DNA of 64,000 nucleotides from the NCBI GenBank assembly GCA_963669175.1, contig OY769902.1, forward strand, positions 2,880,001 to 2,944,000. Reading direction: 5' to 3'. The DNA is from a bacterium (GTDB lineage Bacteria; Electryoneota; Electryoneia; Electryoneales; Electryoneaceae). Shown piece by piece: positions 57,926 to 64,000 of this stretch (the stretch's first letter is position 1; every line of letters begins with the position of its first letter). A program made the position numbers and the translations under genes. Under the pieces are notes generated by a model. The model was given only the letters and a program-made list of their open reading frames with translations. It did not search any database and had not been told where the DNA came from.

Positions 57926-59074
57926 TCATTCCTTCCCGGTGATCTCAAACATCTTTTCCAGGGCGATAAGGGAATAATGCTTGACATCGTCATCCACTTC
58001 GATTTTGTGCTGCAGCCTGCCATTCAGCAGGGCTTTTAAACTGTCACGTAACGCTTCCGGTGTAATCCGGAACATGGTAGAACAGAGACAGGCGTACGGA
58101 GCCAGGCTGTATACTTCAACTCCACGTGGTTTGTGATCAATTGCCAGACGTGAAACCAGGTTATGCTCTGTGCCTACCGCCCACTTACTGCCCGGTTCAG
58201 CCTGCTTCAGCATCTTGGTGATGTACCCGGTCGAACCGGCGTAATCGGCTTGCTGCACCACCTCGAACATACATTCCGGGTGTACCAGGATATTGATATC
58301 CGCAAAACGCTTGCGCCAGTAAACAGCATGCTGCGGCTGGAAATGCTGATGCACCGAACACCAGCCGCGCCACAGGATGACCTTCGCATTACGGATCTGC
58401 TCTTCGGTATTGCCGCCCAGGTATTGATCCGGATCCCACAAAATCATGTCGTCAAGGGGAATGCCAAGCTTGTAACTGGTATTGCGACCAAGATGTTGAT
58501 CAGGGAAGAAGAAGATTTTCTCAGTACGTTCCAGCCCCCATTTGACCACCTTGTCGGCGTTGGCGGAGGTGCAAATGGTGCCGCCGTTTTTACCGACATG
58601 GGCCTTAACATCTGCCGTAGAATTGATGTAGGTGATCGGAGTGACTGTTGAAACATCAATCACAGTGGAAAGCTGACGCCAGGCTTCGGTAACCTCCTCG
58701 ACAGGCGCCATATCTGCCATGGTACACCCGGCGCGAAGATCCGGCAACACGACCGGAACATCCCTGGGTGTGAGCATATCGGCTGTCTCTGCCATGAAAT
58801 GAACACCCAGGAAAATCACATTCTTGACCTGTTCCAATGCTGCGGCATGCTGGCTCAAGGCAAGTGAATCTCCAATGACATCAGCGAACTGAATCACCTC
58901 GGCGCGCTGGTAGGCATGCCCCAGGATGATAGTTTCCGGTCCTGCCTGTTTGCGAAGATCAGCTATCTCTTCCAGTAAGGCACGTTCAACCGGGGGATCG
59001 CCCATGTATTTGATTTCATTGATCGGTTGCTCCGGATTCCAGCGTATTTCAAGGCGTTCACTATCTGAAGACAT
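57926..59074 (-). CDS. nadA: Quinolinate synthase
   Basis: Motifs GHAYQ, GDS, FMAET, AGCTMA, YINS, CTSANA, PDQHLG, CSVH, HPEC, GTE and C.TM. Confidence 0.95.
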   Translation of the reverse strand: MSSDSERLEIRWNPEQPINEIKYMGDPPVERALLEEIADLRKQAGPETIILGHAYQRAEVIQFADVIGDSLALSQHAAALEQVKNVIFLGVHFMAETADMLTPRDVPVVLPDLRAGCTMADMAPVEEVTEAWRQLSTVIDVSTVTPITYINSTADVKAHVGKNGGTICTSANADKVVKWGLERTEKIFFFPDQHLGRNTSYKLGIPLDDMILWDPDQYLGGNTEEQIRNAKVILWRGWCSVHQHFQPQHAVYWRKRFADINILVHPECMFEVVQQADYAGSTGYITKMLKQAEPGSKWAVGTEHNLVSRLAIDHKPRGVEVYSLAPYACLCSTMFRITPEALRDSLKALLNGRLQHKIEVDDDVKHYSLIALEKMFEITGKE

Positions 59075-59265
59075 GAGCAGACTCCATGTGAAAAATGGTT
59101 CAACCTGTTGAGTGTAAAAGAGTAAGCTTGAATATAAGGCACTGCGGCGGGGAAGGTAACCACAAGTTCAGGAACGAAGAGCGTGAATTTTGAATTGTAA
59201 ATGACAGGCTCTTCGTGGGAATGAATACCTCGTGCTCGTGACATATTCGGGCTGAAAAAGCGAGC

Positions 59266-59295
59266 AAAAATATACCCCGGCAAAATGCCGGGGTA
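59266..59295 (-). terminator. Terminator of the 72-aa gene
   Basis: TACCCCGGCA-TTT-TGCCGGGGTA followed by TATTTTT on the minus strand. Confidence 0.7.
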
Positions 59296-59371
59296 AGCGA
59301 TCTGAAGTCACTCTTCAAATCACAGGTATACTGGTACCAGGAAAAAAAACCAACACGTATGTGTGTGTCAG

Positions 59372-59590
59372 TTATTCCGTGTCCGTGGCCGCTGCGGCTG
59401 CTAATGCCTGGGCTTCAGGGCTGATGCTTACGCTGTCGGACGGGTTCAGACCCGTACCTGTCGCGCCAGCAGCCATACCGGCGAAAACCTGGGCGCCACC
59501 GCCATGTACTTCACCACGAAGTGCGGCACGGAACATTTCTGCATCGCTCATGCCCTGGGGGGCCGTCGGTGCGCTCATGCCACCTTCCAT
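59372..59590 (-). CDS. 72-aa protein with a D.V.IS.EA..L (FlgM-like) motif
   Basis: RBS AAGGAG, sigma28 promoter upstream, terminator downstream, motif DSVSISPEAQAL. Confidence 0.7.
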   Translation of the reverse strand: MEGGMSAPTAPQGMSDAEMFRAALRGEVHGGGAQVFAGMAAGATGTGLNPSDSVSISPEAQALAAAAATDTE

Positions 59591-59641
59591 TTTGCACTCC
59601 TTTCGTTTACTGCACTAAGACAGAAGTCTACTCATTATTTC

Positions 59642-59669
59642 CTATCGGCAGGTTGACGTCTGCTCTTTA
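59642..59669 (-). promoter_or_regulatory. Sigma28-type promoter
   Basis: TAAA-N16-GCCGATAG, about 50 bp upstream of ATG 59590. Confidence 0.7.
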
Positions 59670-60137
59670 ACAATAACAATTGGAAACAGTGATTTTCTCT
59701 CTAAGTTACTTCCATTGGAGAGGTTACGATTTGGCTCGGAGAGTGTATTTGCTTCGATTACTTCAAATATTCGTAAGACTTTACTCCAGGAATACTTAAA
59801 GGAGGCGGGGTGTTTTGGGCTAAATAATTCTATTTCGGCATTCACTTTATTTTTGCTCTCGGAGTGCTCCTGTTTAGTCGCCTGGCATGCCTCCAGAACA
59901 TGAAATCGAGACTTTCGAGAAATGTGCTCGAACGGTTTTTCGAGTGGCATTACAGCCGTCTGTATTCTATCTTTGCTGGTGTTGTGAAAACCAGTAGGAT
60001 TTGTAAATATTTGTAAAAATGTAAAATAAGCTAAGTTGTTGTACTTCTTATTGATACTGGCAAGCTGTTGCTTTATCAGGAATTCCGGGGAGAATTCTTC
60101 GCTTCACCGTTGACCAACTGCATGTCGAGGGGCATTC

Positions 60138-63100
60138 ATGGATTTTGTTCACCTGCATAACCACACAGATTATAGTTTTCTTGACGGGGCGACGAAAGTC
60201 AAGGATCTGACACGGAAAGCCAAAGAGCTTGGCATGCCGGCCGTAGCGTTAACCGATCACGGCAACCTGTGTGGCGCGGTTGAGTTTTATCGAGAAGCGC
60301 AGAAAAATGAGATCAAACCGATCATCGGCGCTGAATTATACCTCACAGAGGGATCTCGTTTTGATAAAGGGCCGGATGTATACGGGAAAAGGCGGCCACG
60401 TTTTCACCTGCTTGCCTTAGCCAAGAACCAGATTGGTTACAAAAACCTGATCAAACTTTCATCTGCCGGTTATCTCGAGGGATTTTATCATAAACCCCGC
60501 ATCGACCTGGAGTACCTGGAGCAGCATCGTGAAGGACTGATCGTGACCACCGGTTGCCTTCAGGGAATTATCCCGCAGGCTTTCCTGAAGCGTTCGGAGA
60601 AAGAGGCAATTGAGCTGGCCGGCTGGTTCAATGAACTGTTCGGGGATGATTTTTATTTCGAGTTGCAGGATCATGGCATTGACGAGCAGCACCAGGTCAA
60701 CCGTTTCATCATTGACCTGGCGAAGAAGATGAACAAGAAGCTCATCGCCACCAACGATGTTCACTACCTGGAAAAAGGGCACGCCGATCCGCATGATATC
60801 CTGCTCTGTGTCCAGACTCGAAGTGATCGAAATGATACCAACCGCTTCAAGTTCCACGGCGATGAATTCTATCTGAAAACACCGGAGGAGATGGCAGCAA
60901 TATTCAAGGATTACCCGGAAGCGTTGACCAATACCGTTGAAATCGCTGAGAAGTGTGACGTCCATTTCAACTTCAAAGACAAACATTTTCCCTATTATCC
61001 GCTTCCCCCGGAAGCGAAAGAAAAAACGCATGCGGAATACCTGTATGAACTATGTGAAGCCGGGTTGCCAAAACGCTATGGCGACAAGGTTACACCGGAA
61101 ATCAGACAGCGTCTTGAAACCGAGATGGGCATTATCAAGCAGAAGCAACTGGCGGACTATTTCCTGATCGTTCGTGACTTCATCATCCATGCCAAGAACC
61201 AGGGAATCCCAGTGGGGCCGGGACGTGGTAGCGCTGCGGGAAGCCTGGTGAGTTACCTGATCGAGATTACAAATATTGACCCGATTCGTTACGAGTTGCT
61301 GTTCGAACGGTTTATCAATCCCGAACGTGAGAGTTATCCTGATATTGATGTTGACTTTGCTGACACCCGTCGAGCCGAGGTCATCGAATATGTCAAGCAG
61401 AAGTATGGTCAGGAGAATGTCTGCCAGATCATGACTTTCGGCCGGATGCTGAGTAAGGGCGTGGTGCGAGATGTGGGGCGTGTCATGCAGATTCCGTTGC
61501 CGGAAGTTGACGCTATCGCCAAGCTCATTCCTGAAGGGCCGAAGGTCACCCTGAAGAGCGCCCTGGAAGATAGCCAGGAACTAAGCGATCTGATAAACAG
61601 CCGTGGTGAATACAAAGAGCTGATGAAGAGCGCCCTGGTCCTGGAGGGGACAATCCGGAATGCCGGGGTTCATGCTGCGGGGGTAGTGATTACGCCTGAA
61701 CCGCTGAATGAACTGGTGCCGCTCTTCAAACCGCCGAACGGGGATGTTACTACCCAGTTTGATATGAAGCATGTGGAAATGATCGGCCTGTTGAAGGTGG
61801 ACTTCCTGGGACTTAAAACCCTGTCCATCCTGGAGAAGGCGGTCAACCTGATCAAACGGAAGGGAATTGATCTCGAGTTGGAGGATATTCCCATTGAGGA
61901 CAAGGAGACGTACGAACTCTTTGGCCGTGGGGATACCATCGGCATCTTCCAGTTTGAATCTGGCGGAATGCGTGAAAGCCTGAAGAAGTTGAAGCCGGAA
62001 CGCCTGGAAGACCTGACCGCAATGAACGCGCTGTATCGTCCCGGTCCGATGGAAAACATCGACACCTTCATTCGCAGGAAGCACGGCAAAGAGAAGATCA
62101 CGTATCTGCACCAGATGCTGGCCAGTATCCTGGATGAGACTTATGGCATTATCGTCTACCAGGAACAGGTCATGCAGATCGCCAACAAGCTTTCGAACAT
62201 GAGCCTTGGCCGAGCGGATGTGCTGCGCCGTGCGATGGGGAAGAAGAAGCAGGCACTCATGGATGAGATGAAGCCTGAGTTTGTTGAAGGCTGCGGACAG
62301 AATGGAATCAACGCGAAAACCGCCTCAGAAATCTGGGACTTGATTGAGAAGTTCGCGAAATACGGCTTCAACAAGTCTCACGCTGCAGGTTACGCTCTCG
62401 TCGCATACCAGACCGGCTTTTTGAAGACGCACTACCCGGCGGAGTTCATGGCGGCGAGTATGTCCACACGAAAAGACAACACGGAAGAAGTTGTCCTGTT
62501 CCTGGAAGAATGCAAACGGATGGGCGTGGACGTTTTACCGCCGGATGTAAACGAATCGGAAGAAGACTTCAGCGTGACCGAAGATGGAGCTGTCCGTTTC
62601 GGGATGGCTGCCATCAAGAATGTGGGCGGACCGGCTATACAGGCGATCATGGGGGAGCGTGAAACTCGTCAGCGTTTCCAGGATTTGTATGAACTCGCCG
62701 AGTGCGCGGTTTGTAGCCCGTTGATCAACCGTCGTGTTCTGGAGAACCTGATCCTGGCGGGAGCGTGTGACAGCCTGAACGGCCACCGTCAGCAACAACT
62801 TGCGGCCTTGGATCAGGCGCTCGCCTATGCCCACCAGTTAAAGCAGGAGAAGGCACAGGGGCAATTCAGCATGTTCGGGGAAGAGTGTGATGATGGCGTC
62901 GCTTTGCCACGTCCTGAAATGCCGGATGTGGAAGAAATGCCCGCCCATGAAAGATTGGCCGAGGAGAAGGCGCGGCTGGGCTTCTATTTCTCCGGGCATC
63001 CCCTGTTCAAGTACCGCCGTGAGATCGAGTCGTTCGGAACGATTGATGTTGCCAACCTCAGCAATGGCCACCCAGACCAGGAAGTACGGTTGGTCGGTAT

Positions 63101-63578
63101 CCTGGTTTCGGTCGAACGTCGCCAAACGAAAAAAGGCGATGTGATGGGCCGTGGCAAATTTGAGGACTTGTCCGGTGTTGTAGGCGTCGTCATTTTCCCG
63201 AAAACCTTTGATAGTATTAAAGATCGCCTGGTGAAAGATGTTCCTGTCCTGATGACTGGGAAACTCCAGAAGCGGGATGACAATTGCGAAATCATCGTGG
63301 ATGATGTTCAGACCCTTGAAGATGCTATGGAAAAGCTGACACGGATGATCCGGGTGTCTATCGATGAGGAGATCGCGGGGAAAGACTATTTGCAACTGGA
63401 AAACATCATTCGTGAGAATCCCGGACCGGCACGCTTGCAGATCTGGTTCCACCGTGAAGATGGCACCTGTTTCCGGACAGTATCGGGACGCTATTCCCTC
63501 GCGCCACGGTTTGATTCCATTGCGGAATTACGTGATGTGATCGGGGAAGAGGCGGTTACGATCATGGCTATGGGGTAG
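60138..63578 (+). CDS. dnaE: DNA polymerase III alpha subunit
   Basis: Intact PHP (HLHNH, TDHGN, TNDVH); GRGSAAGS, PDIDVDF and FNKSH; clamp motif QFSMF; OB fold. Confidence 0.97.
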   Translation: MDFVHLHNHTDYSFLDGATKVKDLTRKAKELGMPAVALTDHGNLCGAVEFYREAQKNEIKPIIGAELYLTEGSRFDKGPDVYGKRRPRFHLLALAKNQIGYKNLIKLSSAGYLEGFYHKPRIDLEYLEQHREGLIVTTGCLQGIIPQAFLKRSEKEAIELAGWFNELFGDDFYFELQDHGIDEQHQVNRFIIDLAKKMNKKLIATNDVHYLEKGHADPHDILLCVQTRSDRNDTNRFKFHGDEFYLKTPEEMAAIFKDYPEALTNTVEIAEKCDVHFNFKDKHFPYYPLPPEAKEKTHAEYLYELCEAGLPKRYGDKVTPEIRQRLETEMGIIKQKQLADYFLIVRDFIIHAKNQGIPVGPGRGSAAGSLVSYLIEITNIDPIRYELLFERFINPERESYPDIDVDFADTRRAEVIEYVKQKYGQENVCQIMTFGRMLSKGVVRDVGRVMQIPLPEVDAIAKLIPEGPKVTLKSALEDSQELSDLINSRGEYKELMKSALVLEGTIRNAGVHAAGVVITPEPLNELVPLFKPPNGDVTTQFDMKHVEMIGLLKVDFLGLKTLSILEKAVNLIKRKGIDLELEDIPIEDKETYELFGRGDTIGIFQFESGGMRESLKKLKPERLEDLTAMNALYRPGPMENIDTFIRRKHGKEKITYLHQMLASILDETYGIIVYQEQVMQIANKLSNMSLGRADVLRRAMGKKKQALMDEMKPEFVEGCGQNGINAKTASEIWDLIEKFAKYGFNKSHAAGYALVAYQTGFLKTHYPAEFMAASMSTRKDNTEEVVLFLEECKRMGVDVLPPDVNESEEDFSVTEDGAVRFGMAAIKNVGGPAIQAIMGERETRQRFQDLYELAECAVCSPLINRRVLENLILAGACDSLNGHRQQQLAALDQALAYAHQLKQEKAQGQFSMFGEECDDGVALPRPEMPDVEEMPAHERLAEEKARLGFYFSGHPLFKYRREIESFGTIDVANLSNGHPDQEVRLVGILVSVERRQTKKGDVMGRGKFEDLSGVVGVVIFPKTFDSIKDRLVKDVPVLMTGKLQKRDDNCEIIVDDVQTLEDAMEKLTRMIRVSIDEEIAGKDYLQLENIIRENPGPARLQIWFHREDGTCFRTVSGRYSLAPRFDSIAELRDVIGEEAVTIMAMG

Positions 63579-63581
63579 CCG

Positions 63582-64000
63582 ATGCGGGTGTTGCTGCAAC
63601 GAGTGTCTGAAGCATCGGTAACCGTTAACGATAACCTGGTATCCAGCATCGGCCCAGGTCTTCTGTTGCTAGTCGGAGTACGTGAGGGCGATGGCGAGCC
63701 TGAAGCACAATGGCTGGCAAATAAAATCGCAGGCTTGCGTGTGTTCGAAGATGAAGAGGATAAACTGAATCTGTCCATTCAGGATGTCGGTGGCGAAATT
63801 CTGTCAGTCAGCCAGTTTACCCTCTATGGTGACACGCGCAAAGGTAAACGACCTTCCTTCTCCCATGCGGCGCATCCTTCCCTTGCAGAACCCCTTTGCG
63901 CACAATTCGCGGATATGCTGCGGAAACAGGGGATCACGGTTCGCGAAGGGGTGTTCGGCGCCATGATGAAGATCGCCCTGATCAACGATGGCCCGGTTAC
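63582..64000 (+). CDS. dtd: D-aminoacyl-tRNA deacylase (3'-truncated)
   Basis: [24 protein letters not shown] and NDGPV. Absent from the ORF track because the stop lies outside the window. Confidence 0.95.
   Translation, partial: MRVLLQRVSEASVTVNDNLVSSIGPGLLLLVGVREGDGEPEAQWLANKIAGLRVFEDEEDKLNLSIQDVGGEILSVSQFTLYGDTRKGKRPSFSHAAHPSLAEPLCAQFADMLRKQGITVREGVFGAMMKIALINDGPV

Noticed and set aside
59075-59260. NAD riboswitch upstream of nadA
   Set aside because: Only one 9-bp inverted repeat (ACGAAGAGC/GCTCTTCGT); no recognisable aptamer.

Overview
Chromosomal window of a roughly 50% GC diderm bacterium. Several secreted proteins carry 'Por/T9SS-type' C-terminal sorting domains, pointing to an FCB-superphylum candidate lineage (inference). 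Housekeeping genes: sucA-sucB...lpdA, rbsK, a GH13 debranching enzyme, a fadL-like porin plus esterase, class I fbaB, murA, recN, nadA, dnaE and dtd. Also present are an SOS-type imuB-dnaE2 cassette, an MBOAT/SGNH O-acylation pair and an AmmeMemo B-A fusion. Intergenic DNA is crowded with at least five families of REP/MITE-like palindromic elements, some nested several levels deep. Highlights read from the sequence: (1) a recurring ELDE motif after pro-segment-like linkers in a 2091-aa secreted protein and at the pro/mature junction of a neighbouring C10 protease, a candidate Asp-specific maturation code; (2) an IS110/IS1111 element whose ends, CT core, circle-junction promoter and bridge-RNA guides can be reconstructed by eye, inserted in the terminal repeat of a resident MITE; (3) an unannotated ~280-nt structured RNA between a sigma28-type promoter and a strong terminator, plus a second sigma28 promoter upstream of a 72-aa protein; (4) an intact RAYT/Y1-transposase homologue lacking its catalytic residues; (5) a non-autonomous element with IS50/Tn5-like ends. 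All calls were made by eye; no database searches were run.
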